Shown: positions 8,971 through 18,694, counted from the stretch's first letter. The stretch is 64,000 nt of DNA from an uncultured Planctomycetales bacterium (GCA_964569765.1 CAZMVY010000001.1:4-64003); one strand, 5' to 3'. Numbers and translations: made by a program. Notes: generated by a model from the sequence alone, not told the origin.

Positions 8971-10257
8971 CTACAGTACCTTTGCTGCATCCTCCACGGC
9001 GACCAGCGTCCGCTCCACGTCGTCATCCGTGTGCGCCGTGGAAACGAACCATATCCCCTCCGGTACCACGCGGACGCCGCGATCCTGCAAAGCCACGGCG
9101 AAACGCCTGTACTTCTCCGCGTCGCGCGGCAGGTACGTACGGTAGTCACGGGCGTTCGGATCGCCGCCGAAGGACACATGGAACACGGCGGGCACCCCGC
9201 GAACCACCGCCTTCGGCATGGCCCGCCGAATCCCCTCCATCAGCCTCGTGCCGCGCATCCGCAGTTGCCGGTACACTGCCCCGTCGTCTGCGCTGAGTTC
9301 CTCGAGCGCCGCCAGCGCCGCCGCCATGCACGGCGCGCCCGCGTTGTACGTCCCCGCATGGGACACGCTCAGGTCGCCGAAGTATTTCATCAACTCGCGC
9401 TTCCCCGCGATCGCGCTCACCGGGAACCCCGCCGCCAATCCCTTCGCAAACGTGGCCAGGTCCGGCGTCACGCCGAAGTGCGCCTGCGCCCCCCCCGGCG
9501 CCAGCCGGAACCCCGTGATCACCTCGTCGAAGATCAGCACGGCCCCGTGCTTCGTGCACAGCTCGCGCATGCCCTGCAAATATCCCCGCTGCGGCATGAG
9601 CGCGCCCATGTTGCACATCATCGGCTCCGTGATGACCGCGGCGATCTCGCCGGCGTGCGCATCCATCGTTTTTCGCAGCAGGTCAAGGTCGTTCCACGGC
9701 AGCACGATCAGGTTGGCCGCGTCGCTGGCTGGCTGGCCCTTCGTGGCAGGAACCGGCACCGGCGCCTCGCGCGGCCCGGCCGCGTCGATTGGCGGCGCGT
9801 AGCTCCACATGTGGCTGTCGAACCAGCCGTGATAGTGGCCCTCGAATCGCACGATCTTCGTACGCCCCGTCACCGCCCGCGCCAGGCGGACCGCCCCGTG
9901 GATCGCCTCGGAGCCGCTGTTCGAGAAGCGAACCATCTCCGCGCACGGCACCATCGCGGCCATCTTCTCCGCGACGCGGACCTCCAGCTCGCTCTGTCCC
10001 GCGTACATCAGGCCCGTATCGATCTGCCTGTGCACGGCCGCGAGCACACGCTTCGGCGAGTGCCCCAGCAGCAGCGGCCCGCGCGCGAGCACATAGTCGA
10101 TGAACTCGTTCCCATCCGCATCCCAAACGTGCGAGCCCTCGCCTCGTTCGTAAAACATCGGGTGCGGTTGCCAGCTCGCGCGGACGTTGCTGGATATCCC
10201 GCCGGGGATCACCCTGCACGCCCGCTCGTAGAGCGCCTTTGAGCGATCAAATCTCAT
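8971..10257 (-). CDS. Class-III PLP aminotransferase (glutamate-1-semialdehyde aminomutase-like)
   Basis: ORF 8971..10362 trimmed to ATG 10257 (MRFDRSKALYERA..). Motifs PGGISSNVR, RFSNSGSEA, FDEVITGFR and PLP-lysine context ATFAKGLAAGFP. Confidence 0.9.
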   Translation of the reverse strand: MRFDRSKALYERACRVIPGGISSNVRASWQPHPMFYERGEGSHVWDADGNEFIDYVLARGPLLLGHSPKRVLAAVHRQIDTGLMYAGQSELEVRVAEKMAAMVPCAEMVRFSNSGSEAIHGAVRLARAVTGRTKIVRFEGHYHGWFDSHMWSYAPPIDAAGPREAPVPVPATKGQPASDAANLIVLPWNDLDLLRKTMDAHAGEIAAVITEPMMCNMGALMPQRGYLQGMRELCTKHGAVLIFDEVITGFRLAPGGAQAHFGVTPDLATFAKGLAAGFPVSAIAGKRELMKYFGDLSVSHAGTYNAGAPCMAAALAALEELSADDGAVYRQLRMRGTRLMEGIRRAMPKAVVRGVPAVFHVSFGGDPNARDYRTYLPRDAEKYRRFAVALQDRGVRVVPEGIWFVSTAHTDDDVERTLVAVEDAAKVL

Positions 10258-10358
10258 GCCCGTGCCGTTCCCTGACGCGAACCCGGTCGGTATGCCGGCC
10301 GGCCGTGAACACCTCGCCCAATCCGCGCGCAGGCGTCCGGAACCCGGACGCCGGTCCC

Positions 10359-11390
10359 TCACGCCGGCCGCACCTCCGCCCGCTTCTTCGACGACTCATA
10401 CGCCGCCAGCGCCACCGCCACCGACTGCCGCCCGTCGATGCCTGTCGCGCACGGCGGGCGCTTCTCGCGGATGCTTGCGAGGAAGTCGCTCATGTGGTCG
10501 CGGTACGACTGCATCCGCACCGGGTCGAGCTTGCCTTTGCCGGCCCAGTCGATCGGGGCCTGTGTCTCGATGACCTCCCACGGCCCACCGTCCGTCGAAA
10601 CCCGGAGTTCGCCGTACGCGTCGAGGTCGATCAACCCACGCTCGCCGACAATCCACGCGGCGAACGCCGACCGCGGGAACCCGGGTCTGGGAATCTGGAA
10701 CGATTCCCACAGGCTCGCCGTCGCGCCGTCGGCCAGTTCCATCAGCAGCATGCTCGTGCCCTCCACCTTCACCTCAGGCTCGATACTGCCGCAGCGGGCG
10801 TACACCGTCTTGACCTCGCTGCCGGTGAACCAGCGGATGCGGTCGATGCCGTGCACGCCGTGACCGAAGAGCGTGCCGAGGTTTTCCGGCGTATTCTGCC
10901 AGGGTGGCAGCGTACCCATCCCGCCGGGATTGAGCGCCAGCTCCTTGATCAGCAGGATGCGCCCGATCCGCCCCTCGTCGATGAGCCTTTTCGCGGCGAT
11001 GTTGCATTTGCGGAACCGCTGCGTAAACGCGATGGCGCAGTTCACCCGGGCCTTTTCGCAGGCCGCGTTGATCGCGTCGCACTCGGCGACCGTCGAGGCC
11101 ATCGGCTTCTCGATCAGCAGGTGCTTGCCCGCCTTTGCCGCCGCCAGCGCGTATTCGGCGTGCGTAGCGTGCGGCGTGGCCACGATGATCGCGTCGATGT
11201 CGCTGCGCCCGATGAGCCGCTCGGCGCTCGCCTCGCAGGCCGCGCCGTACTGTTTCGCCAGCTCCGCCGAGCGCGAGCCGCCCGTGATCGCCACGAGCCT
11301 GGCCTGCTCCGCGCAGTACTTCGTGAGCGTTTCCGAATACGTCAGTCCCATGAACCCGGAACCGATGATGCCGATGCCGATAGCACTCAT
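10359..11390 (-). CDS. Gfo/Idh/MocA family oxidoreductase
   Basis: Rossmann N-terminus MSAIGIGIIGSGFMG and EKPMA motif (LLIEKPMAST). The start ATG overlaps the upstream stop as ATGA (11387-11390). Confidence 0.9.
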   Translation of the reverse strand: MSAIGIGIIGSGFMGLTYSETLTKYCAEQARLVAITGGSRSAELAKQYGAACEASAERLIGRSDIDAIIVATPHATHAEYALAAAKAGKHLLIEKPMASTVAECDAINAACEKARVNCAIAFTQRFRKCNIAAKRLIDEGRIGRILLIKELALNPGGMGTLPPWQNTPENLGTLFGHGVHGIDRIRWFTGSEVKTVYARCGSIEPEVKVEGTSMLLMELADGATASLWESFQIPRPGFPRSAFAAWIVGERGLIDLDAYGELRVSTDGGPWEVIETQAPIDWAGKGKLDPVRMQSYRDHMSDFLASIREKRPPCATGIDGRQSVAVALAAYESSKKRAEVRPA

Positions 11391-13195
11391 GCGCGCCGCT
11401 CCGCAATCTGCTTACGATCCGCCGGCGACACGGGCGGCCGGCTGCGTCGAAACATCAGAATCCCCGCCGTGGCGAGGACCAGGCCGATCGCCGCGTCCAG
11501 GCCGATCGCGATCGGTTCCCGCGCCCACGGAAGGATGCCGAGAATCAGTACACCGATCAGAAACGTGCAGATCCCGGTCACGCGGAACGGCGAAATCGCC
11601 GCCCGGCCGGGTTCCGTTCCGGCGACCCGATCCTGCTCCAGTTGGCCGATCGGGATGCGGATGCGGGCCAGGAACTTCTCCGCCCGATCGAGGTCCTCTG
11701 CCGCCTGCGGGAACAGAGTATTGCCGGCCAGGACCCCGAGAAGGGTCACGGCGGCGGAAAGCCAGAAAATGGCGTTCTCCCGCTCCAGTACTACGGCGCC
11801 GATGCTGAGCCGCCCCTTCTCGAGCAGAAACCCCACGAGGTGCCGCGATTCGCCGTCCGGGATTCCCGCCATGCCCACGAGAAGCCCGAGACCTGCGCAA
11901 AGACCGACCCCAAACCCGAGCAGCGCGCCCCGGCTGCTCAGGCGACTGGAGACCAGGCCCCACAGCATCGGAATGGCGACCGGCGGGACGGCCGCACTGA
12001 ACAGAGTCACCATATTCTTGAACATGGCGGCGTCCTTGCCGCTGCTCAGCAGGAAGGCTACGCCGATACTCAAGGCGCCCACCAGCAGGGTGGTGAGCCG
12101 CCCGACAAAGACAAGCTCCCGATGGCCGGCCTTCGGGCGCAGCAGGCGGTTGTAGATGTCGTTGGTCAGCACGCTCGCGCAGACGTTATAGTCGCTGCTC
12201 AACATAGACATGGTTGCGGAGAACATGGCGGCGAGCATCAACCCCATCATTCCGACGGGCAGGATCGCCAGGCACATCTTCGGATACACCCACGTACTGT
12301 CTGCCAGGGGCGGCAGGAAGTGCCGCGCGGCCATCGCGGGAAGGAACATGACCGGCGTGGTCACGAGGTTGAGCACGACGACCAGCCAGCCGACCTTGAG
12401 CGCGTCGCGTTCCTTCGGCACGCAATAGAACTTCTGCACAAGCCCCCAATTGATGCTCCAGGACAGGGTATACAGAAAGATCAGCGAACCCAGGTAGAGC
12501 CAGGTGAACTCGCCGCCCGTCAGGCGGAAGAACCCCTCGGGCGAATTCTGGACGAACGCGTGGAGGCCCCCGGCATGGCTGATCGACAGGGGCAGGATGA
12601 TGATCACGGCGGCGAGCAGGACGACGAACTGCACGAAGTCGGTGACGGCCGCGGCCCAGAGCCCGCCCATAAACGTGTACGCGAGCATGATGACGGAGGA
12701 CCAGAACATGCCTTGCTTCGGGTTTTCCAGCCCCAGGCCCAGCGACAGGAGCGTCCCGATGGCGACGATCTTGAGGGCGTCGTCGATGATCTTGACCGGC
12801 ACCCCCTGCCAGGCGAAGAGCTGGCGGACCGCGGAGTTGTAGCGCGCCTCGAGGTACTCCACGGGACTGACCACGCGGGCGCGGCGCCAGCGGGTTGCGA
12901 AGAACAGGACGCTGAACAGGGCGGCCGGCACCGTGACCCAGTACATGCTCAACGCGACGCCCCCGTGCCGGTATGCAATAGCCGAGTAGTTCACGAACGC
13001 AAAGGCGCTGAAGCTGGCCATGTAATACGACACGCCGCTGAGCCACCAGGGGATGCGGTTGCCACCGGTGAAGTAGTCCTTCATGCCCTTCATGTAGCGG
13101 TAGAAGTACGCGCCGATGCCGAGCATCAGGGCGAAGTAGCTCACGAGAATGAAGTAGTCCGGCCCCCGGAGGTGCGTCTGCGCCAGGATCGTCAT
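11387..13195 (-). CDS. Sodium:solute symporter (SSS) family transporter
   Basis: ORF 11387..14059 trimmed to ATG 13195 (MTILAQTHLRGPDYFILVSYFALMLGIGAYFY). Multi-TM hydrophobic sequence typical of SSS. ATGA overlap with the upstream gene at 13192-13195. Confidence 0.9.
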   Translation of the reverse strand: MTILAQTHLRGPDYFILVSYFALMLGIGAYFYRYMKGMKDYFTGGNRIPWWLSGVSYYMASFSAFAFVNYSAIAYRHGGVALSMYWVTVPAALFSVLFFATRWRRARVVSPVEYLEARYNSAVRQLFAWQGVPVKIIDDALKIVAIGTLLSLGLGLENPKQGMFWSSVIMLAYTFMGGLWAAAVTDFVQFVVLLAAVIIILPLSISHAGGLHAFVQNSPEGFFRLTGGEFTWLYLGSLIFLYTLSWSINWGLVQKFYCVPKERDALKVGWLVVVLNLVTTPVMFLPAMAARHFLPPLADSTWVYPKMCLAILPVGMMGLMLAAMFSATMSMLSSDYNVCASVLTNDIYNRLLRPKAGHRELVFVGRLTTLLVGALSIGVAFLLSSGKDAAMFKNMVTLFSAAVPPVAIPMLWGLVSSRLSSRGALLGFGVGLCAGLGLLVGMAGIPDGESRHLVGFLLEKGRLSIGAVVLERENAIFWLSAAVTLLGVLAGNTLFPQAAEDLDRAEKFLARIRIPIGQLEQDRVAGTEPGRAAISPFRVTGICTFLIGVLILGILPWAREPIAIGLDAAIGLVLATAGILMFRRSRPPVSPADRKQIAERRA

Positions 13196-15078
13196 TGTGC
13201 CGATTCCTTGCCCTCGATGAGTTCCGCCAGCGACGAGCAGACGGCGTCCAACCGCCCTTCCCCGTACGCCTGGTCCATTTCCGCCAGTCTCTTCGCCAGT
13301 TCCCAGCCCTGCGTCGATGCGGCCAGATGCTCGCGGTGGCGGCGCAAATCGCCCGCGCCGGCGCGGTCGAGTATCTCCTTCGACCGCTTCAGCAGGGTTT
13401 CGCGGAGCAAAACGTAATGCAGTTCGCGGATTACGTCCAGCACGTACCGTCGCTCCGTCGCAGACGTTGCCGCCGCGAGCGCCTGGCTCAGGCCCGTCGG
13501 CGGCGTGAACGGCTCGACCCGGTTCATCACGGCGAGGAGCCGCTCGTTTGCGGCGATTGCCTCCGGAAGGATTCTCTCCGTGTAGAGGCCCTGTACCCGC
13601 CTCCAGTCGTTCGGCAATACCGTCGCCCGCGGATCGCGGACAGTGCAGACACGTACGGGCGACGCTCCGCTGCCGAGATACGTCTCCCAGTGGTCGAAAA
13701 AGCCGTCGCCGTTCGTGTCGAACATACGCATCTCGCCGATCGGCTCCCTGTCGCCCAGACAACCGATCTCGATCCAGCCCTCCGTCGCACCCTTCAGATG
13801 GATCCGTTGATCGACCGCGCTGTAGTACAGCTCGCGCCGCGTCGAGGGCGCCGGGCAGAACTCGCGGCGCATGTTCCACCGCTGCACCGGCCCGCCCGTG
13901 TTGTGCATGATCCGCCGGCCCCAGATCCAGAACACGCCCTCCCACCGCCAGTCCTGCTCGGCCTTCGGCGGGTAGCCGATCGCGATGGTGCCGTCCTCGA
14001 ACTCCCTCCAGGAGAAGCCCGTCTGCTCGGCCGGATATGTCTCGGCGATCCGCCGGCAATCGGCATGCCGGGCGCAGATCGTCGTCTTCGGCGAGCGCCG
14101 CAGCGGGTTCGTGTGCCGCATGCCGCCAAAATCGTACGGCAGCCTGCCGGTCATATTAAAGCCCATATCGTAGTGCAGCGGCGTCTCCGCCGAGTTCCTG
14201 TCGTCCATGTCGATGCTGTAGCGGACATTGACCACGCCGATGGCCCGCAACTCAGGATAGAACGGCCCTTCGTATCGGGCGGCGTCGTTCGCAAAGTCTG
14301 CGTCCTTCTTCGGATCGAAACTGATCGGCGCTGCACTAAACCGCACGACGGCCCCGCTCTGCCCGTTGCCCTTCGTGTCGTAGAACGCGAACGGGCACTC
14401 GCTGATCGGCCACCAGCACCGCCGCTCGGGGTCGTAGCGGTTCATGTAAAGCATGTTGTTGCCGTAAGGGTCGCTCGTGAAGCAGTTCGCCGAATACTCG
14501 TAGTTCAACAGGCTCCACATCACCCCGTCGCCGTCGAGGTCCTCCCAGAACCACGCCCGCCGAAGCTCGCCCTTCACGAAGTAGCGGATGTCCATCTCCT
14601 CGGCCCGGCCATCGCCGTTATTGTCGATGTAGTCCACCATGCGATCGACAAGGCCGTCGCCGTCGTAGTCCACGACGTAGCAGTCGGAGTCGTGATCGCA
14701 CTCCGGCCCGCCTACGCGCAGCACCGCTCCGGGTGGGATCCCCGCCGCTGCCATCATGTCGCCATCGTCGTCGATGTCCCACTCTATCGGTGACTGATTC
14801 GTCCGCTTGCCGGTCAGCCGCTCCCGCCTGACGTGCATCCAGCCTCCCCCGGGCTCCGACGACCGGACGGTGAATTCGCGCCCGTCCACCAGTTGCGCTG
14901 CCTTCGGCCACCAGGGCTTGGTCTTCAGATCCAGCACGCCGTGCGAATCAAGCTGCGTCTCTTTTTCCCACCAGGGCGTCGCCGCCTGACACCCTGCGGC
15001 TGCCAGCCCGAGCAGGCACACGAGCAGCCGTCCGCGCCCCCCACGAACCCGGCCGTCTTCGGTCGTCGCCACCACCAT
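13192..15078 (-). CDS. Secreted lipoprotein P2, paralog of P1 (Asp-rich Ca-loop repeat protein)
   Basis: Lipobox LLGLAAAGC. Loops YDGDGLVD, DNNGDGRAEE, DLDGDGV, DTNGDGFFD. Collinear with P1: RWEGV, LYY..D.RIHL.GA.E.WI, PF.FYDT.G.G. Start is ambiguous (GTG 15090, ATG 15078, GTG 15075/15072). GAGGAGG at 15082-15088. Confidence 0.8.
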   Translation of the reverse strand: MVVATTEDGRVRGGRGRLLVCLLGLAAAGCQAATPWWEKETQLDSHGVLDLKTKPWWPKAAQLVDGREFTVRSSEPGGGWMHVRRERLTGKRTNQSPIEWDIDDDGDMMAAAGIPPGAVLRVGGPECDHDSDCYVVDYDGDGLVDRMVDYIDNNGDGRAEEMDIRYFVKGELRRAWFWEDLDGDGVMWSLLNYEYSANCFTSDPYGNNMLYMNRYDPERRCWWPISECPFAFYDTKGNGQSGAVVRFSAAPISFDPKKDADFANDAARYEGPFYPELRAIGVVNVRYSIDMDDRNSAETPLHYDMGFNMTGRLPYDFGGMRHTNPLRRSPKTTICARHADCRRIAETYPAEQTGFSWREFEDGTIAIGYPPKAEQDWRWEGVFWIWGRRIMHNTGGPVQRWNMRREFCPAPSTRRELYYSAVDQRIHLKGATEGWIEIGCLGDREPIGEMRMFDTNGDGFFDHWETYLGSGASPVRVCTVRDPRATVLPNDWRRVQGLYTERILPEAIAANERLLAVMNRVEPFTPPTGLSQALAAATSATERRYVLDVIRELHYVLLRETLLKRSKEILDRAGAGDLRRHREHLAASTQGWELAKRLAEMDQAYGEGRLDAVCSSLAELIEGKESAQ

Positions 15079-15119
15079 CGCCCTCCTCACCCCTGCCGTC
15101 GATTCCCGAACGGCTCCCG

Positions 15120-15148
15120 AGTATCACCCAAGCTCGCCGCGGTATCAA
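15120..15148 (-). promoter_or_regulatory. Sigma70-like promoter for the P2-SSS-oxidoreductase operon
   Basis: Minus strand reads TTGATA (15148-15143), a 17-nt spacer, then GATACT (15125-15120). About 40 nt upstream of the P2 start. Confidence 0.4.
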
Positions 15149-15362
15149 TACGCCGGCAAGCCGCTCGTTCCCGAGACGCATAAGCCTGCGGCGCACATAA
15201 TGACCCGGCCTCAACCCGGCGCACCCGGAGCCCCGTCTGTCATCGTGCGGACGCGCTGCCCCCGGTCCCCCCTGCCAACCGCCGGCGTCGTCCCGTCCGC
15301 TCGCCACAGGCCCGCGGGGTCCCCCAGCCGGCGAGGAGGCATCACGCGGTCCGCAGGCGCAA

Positions 15363-15391
15363 TTGTCAATCTTCACCGTCCTGCTTATCCT
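15363..15391 (+). promoter_or_regulatory. Sigma70-like promoter upstream of the ComEA-like gene
   Basis: TTGTCA (15363-15368), a 17-nt spacer, then TATCCT (15386-15391). ATG 15440 lies ~45 nt downstream. Confidence 0.35.
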
Positions 15392-15439
15392 CACGCACCA
15401 GGTTGTCGTACCCGGGTCGGTTTGGGTAACAGCCCCGCG

Positions 15440-15901
15440 ATGCCGGCGGGAACCACGCCGGAGAGCCTGCGTACAAGGATGTCCGCCACGCCCGCGACAG
15501 ATCGTCCGCCCGAGCCGCGCGTGCCTTTTCGCGTGTACCTCGTGTGCTATGGCATCCTGGGCCTGCTCCTGATTTACGCGCTTGTGTTCCGCTGGCTCCG
15601 GCCGGTCGTTCTCGAACAGCCGATCCGCATCGAGCCCGAACGCATCGCTCAGGTTCAACAGCGAATCGACCCGAACTCGGCCACATGGGCCGAGCTGACG
15701 CGGTTGCCCGGCATAGGCGAGGCCGTCGCGAAGCGCATCGTGGAGTATCGCACGGAGCGACGTCGCGCCGACGGAGAAGGCGCAGCGCGCAAGCCCGTTT
15801 TCCGCACCCCCGAAGACCTGGCCGCCGTTAAAGGGATCGGTCGCAGCCTGATCGAACGGATCCGGCCGTACCTGATGTTCTCGCCGCCGGAGACGCCCTG
15901 A
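15440..15901 (+). CDS. ComEA-like helix-hairpin-helix DNA-binding protein, membrane-anchored
   Basis: ORF 15200..15901 trimmed to ATG 15440 (alternative 15479). TM segment FRVYLVCYGILGLLLIYALVF. HhH motifs LTRLPGIGEAVAKRIVEYR and LAAVKGIGRSLIERI. Confidence 0.75.
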   Translation: MPAGTTPESLRTRMSATPATDRPPEPRVPFRVYLVCYGILGLLLIYALVFRWLRPVVLEQPIRIEPERIAQVQQRIDPNSATWAELTRLPGIGEAVAKRIVEYRTERRRADGEGAARKPVFRTPEDLAAVKGIGRSLIERIRPYLMFSPPETP

Positions 15902-15918
15902 ACCGGCCCGACGGGGCC

Positions 15919-17016
15919 TCACACCGAATCGGGCTCGCTCGCGTACCGCCGTGCCGTCTCGCGCGTGATCCGGCCCGCCTGAACCAGCCGGCGAAGCGAT
16001 TCATCGAGTGTCATCATGCCGTCGCGCTTGCCCGTCTGCAGCGCCGAGGCAATCGCCTCGATCTTGCCCGTCCGGATCGCGCTGGCTACGGCGTAGTTGT
16101 TGAACAGAACCTCCAGCGCGAGCGCCCGCCGCTCGCCTTCCCGCGCCGGTGCCAGCAGGTGCTGGCTGAGCACGCACCGCAGGCTCAGCGAGAGCTGCGA
16201 CCGCACCGCCTCCTGCGCCTCCGAGCCGAACAGGTCCGCGACGCGGCTGATCGCGCCCTTCGTATCCAGCGTATGCACCGTCGAGAGGATCAGGTGACCG
16301 GTCTCTGCCGCGCTCAACGCGATCTGGGCCGTGTCGCGGTCGCGGATCTCGCCGACCAGGATCACGTCCGGATCCTGCCGCAGGCCGTACTTCAGCCCGT
16401 CGTAGAAGCTCGCCACGTCCACCCCGACCTCCCGCTGCGTGATCACCGATCCGCCCCCGTGGGGGAACACGTACTCGATCGGCTCCTCGATCGTGATGAT
16501 CCGCCGCGAGTGCCGCTCCGCCAGGAGCTTCACGAGGATCGCCATCGACGTCGTCTTGCCCGAGCCCGTCACGCCCGTGAAGAGCACCAGCCCGTTGTGA
16601 AGCTGAAGGATCCGCTCCGCCGTATCCTCGGGAAAGCCAGCCCACTCCAGCGTCGGGATCTCGCTCGGGATGTGCCGGAAGCACACGCCGATCCGCTCCT
16701 GGTGCTGGAACAGGTTGACGCGGAATCGCTCCGAGCGACCGCGATGCTCCAGCGCGAACGAGAAATCGCAGTTCTTCTGCTCCTCGAACCGCGACCACGC
16801 CGTCCCCGGCGTCACCGACCGCGCCATCGCCCCGATCGTCTCGCCGTCCAGCGGCGGCTGGTCGAGCGCCCGCAGCCGCCCATGTACGCGGAGGATCGGC
16901 GGATAACCCACCACCAGGTGCAGGTCCGACGCCTCCGTCGCGACGGCGGTCTGAAGCAGTCTCGCAATGTTCCCGGCAGCGGCGATCGGCGACGCGTCGG
17001 GCTTCGGTTTCGTCAT
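15919..17016 (-). CDS. pilT: Type IV pilus twitching-motility ATPase PilT
   Basis: ORF trimmed to ATG 17016 (MTKPKPD..). ASDLHLVVGYPPILRVHG, Walker A GVTGSGKTTS, and GEIRDRDTAQIALSAAETGHLILSTVHT. Confidence 0.92.
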   Translation of the reverse strand: MTKPKPDASPIAAAGNIARLLQTAVATEASDLHLVVGYPPILRVHGRLRALDQPPLDGETIGAMARSVTPGTAWSRFEEQKNCDFSFALEHRGRSERFRVNLFQHQERIGVCFRHIPSEIPTLEWAGFPEDTAERILQLHNGLVLFTGVTGSGKTTSMAILVKLLAERHSRRIITIEEPIEYVFPHGGGSVITQREVGVDVASFYDGLKYGLRQDPDVILVGEIRDRDTAQIALSAAETGHLILSTVHTLDTKGAISRVADLFGSEAQEAVRSQLSLSLRCVLSQHLLAPAREGERRALALEVLFNNYAVASAIRTGKIEAIASALQTGKRDGMMTLDESLRRLVQAGRITRETARRYASEPDSV

Positions 17017-17170
17017 GGCGGACTCCCTGTGCGGACAATCCGTGCCATGATTGTACACCGGGCCGGCGCGAAAGATGCAAGCGGCGTCCACTTGAACGTG
17101 TCTCCGGGACCGGCGATACTCCCGGAACGCGGCAAAAACGCGAATCGTTCAGAAGCTTCGGAGACAGACG

Positions 17171-18694
17171 ATGGTTTCGATTCCGGTGTCGCTGATTGTC
17201 GTAGTTCATGCGTCGGCGCTCGCGGCCGCCGAGGCGCCTTCACGTCCGGCCGATCGGCCGAACATCCTCTTCGCAATCGCCGACGACTGGTCATGGCCGC
17301 ACGCCGGCGTCTACGGCGACAAGGTGATCAGGACGCCGACATTCGACCGCCTCGCTCGCGACGGCGTTCTCTTCACGCACGCCTTCTGCGCCTCGCCGTC
17401 CTGCACGCCCTCGCGCGGCGGCATCCTCACCGGCCAGGCGATCCATCGCCTCGAAGCCGGCGGCAACCTCTGGAGCGCGCTGCCGAACCGGTTCCCGGTC
17501 TACCCCGATTTGCTTGAGGCGACGGGTTATGCCGTCGGCTTCACGGGCAAGGGGTGGTCGCCGGGCAACTTCAAGGACGGCGGCTGGACGCGAAACCCGG
17601 CCGGTCCGGCGTTTCCGAACTTTCAGACGTTTCTGAAAACCGTGAAGCCCGGTCAGCCCTTCTGCTTCTGGTTCGGCAGCCACGATCCGCATCGACCCTA
17701 CGAGAAAGGATCGGGGGCCAGCGCGGGCATGAAGATCGATGACGTCGTCGTCCCGCCGTTCCTCCCCGACACGCCCGAGGTCCGCAGCGACATCCTCGAC
17801 TACTACTTCGAGGTTCAGCGATTCGATCGCGAGGTCGGCGAGATCATCCGCGAACTGGAAGCGGTCGGGCGGCTTCAGAACACCCTTATCGTGATGACCA
17901 GCGACAACGGCATGCCGTTCCCGCGCGCGAAGGCGAACCTCTACGACTCCGGCACGCGGATGCCGCTGGCGATCTGCTGGCCGGCGAAGATCAAGGGCGG
18001 GCGCGTGGTAGATGACCTCGTGAGCCTGACGGACCTCGCGCCGACGTTTCTGGAGGTGGCGGGCGTGAAAGTGCCGGGGGCGATGACCGGCCGCAGCCTG
18101 CTCGACCTGCTGTGCTCACCTCGCGACGAAGGCCGCGCGGAACCGAACGCGCAGCGCGAGCAACCGCCCGAATCGAACGCGCAGCGCAAGCAACCGCCTT
18201 CTGGAGTGCGGCCTCTCCGAGGCCGCGACATGGTCTTCGTTGAGCGCGAGCGGCATGCGAACGCGCGGCGCGGGGACCTGAGCTATCCGGCACGGGCGGT
18301 GCGGACGAAGGAGTTCCTCTACATCCGCAACCTGCGGCCGGACCGCTGGCCCGCCGGCGACCCCGAGATGCACGTGGCCGTCGGGCCGTTCGGCGACATC
18401 GACGACTCACCGACGAAGCAACTGATCCTCGCTGGTCGCGATGATGAGAAGATCGGCCGCTTCTTCCGCCTGGCCTGTGCGAAGCGCCCGGCGGAGGAGC
18501 TGTACGATCTGGTGAAGGACCCGTGGCAGCTCGACAACGTGGCCGAGAAACCCGCATACGCCGAGGCGAAGCAGAAGCTCCGCGCCGCGCTGGATCGCTG
18601 GATGAAAGACACGGCCGACCCGATGCTCGACGCGAAAGACGATCCGTGGGACCACTATCGCTATTACGGCGATCGCCCGCCGAAGGGCCGCTGA
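17171..18694 (+). CDS. Cys-type sulfatase, secreted
   Basis: Signal peptide. NILFAIADD, and CTPSRGGILTG (C-x-P-x-R). Contains a tandem-duplicated insert (see the repeat at 18140-18199). Confidence 0.9.
   Translation: MVSIPVSLIVVVHASALAAAEAPSRPADRPNILFAIADDWSWPHAGVYGDKVIRTPTFDRLARDGVLFTHAFCASPSCTPSRGGILTGQAIHRLEAGGNLWSALPNRFPVYPDLLEATGYAVGFTGKGWSPGNFKDGGWTRNPAGPAFPNFQTFLKTVKPGQPFCFWFGSHDPHRPYEKGSGASAGMKIDDVVVPPFLPDTPEVRSDILDYYFEVQRFDREVGEIIRELEAVGRLQNTLIVMTSDNGMPFPRAKANLYDSGTRMPLAICWPAKIKGGRVVDDLVSLTDLAPTFLEVAGVKVPGAMTGRSLLDLLCSPRDEGRAEPNAQREQPPESNAQRKQPPSGVRPLRGRDMVFVERERHANARRGDLSYPARAVRTKEFLYIRNLRPDRWPAGDPEMHVAVGPFGDIDDSPTKQLILAGRDDEKIGRFFRLACAKRPAEELYDLVKDPWQLDNVAEKPAYAEAKQKLRAALDRWMKDTADPMLDAKDDPWDHYRYYGDRPPKGR
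18140..18199. repeat. Tandem 2 x 30-bp in-frame duplication inside the sulfatase gene
   Basis: gaaccgaacgcgcagcgcgagcaaccgccc / gaatcgaacgcgcagcgcaagcaaccgcct, 3 mismatches. Encodes EPNAQREQPP / ESNAQRKQPP. Confidence 0.9.

Noticed and set aside
13196-14059. N-terminal extension of the SSS transporter ORF (890-aa version)
   Set aside because: The extension is Arg/Gly-rich and overlaps P2 out of frame. The transporter's hydrophobic N-terminus begins at ATG 13195, which forms an ATGA overlap with the P2 stop.
8746-14793. Chain of long plus-strand ORFs (8746..10242, 10239..12155, 11642..13417, 13195..14793)
   Set aside because: All are antisense to the aminotransferase, oxidoreductase, SSS transporter and P2 genes, which have clear family motifs. 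The products are Arg/Pro/His-rich and mutually overlapping.
16001-17209. 402-aa minus-strand ORF overlapping pilT in another frame
   Set aside because: The pilT frame carries Walker A/B and PilT signature motifs. The alternative frame is Arg/Gly/Asp/Pro-rich.
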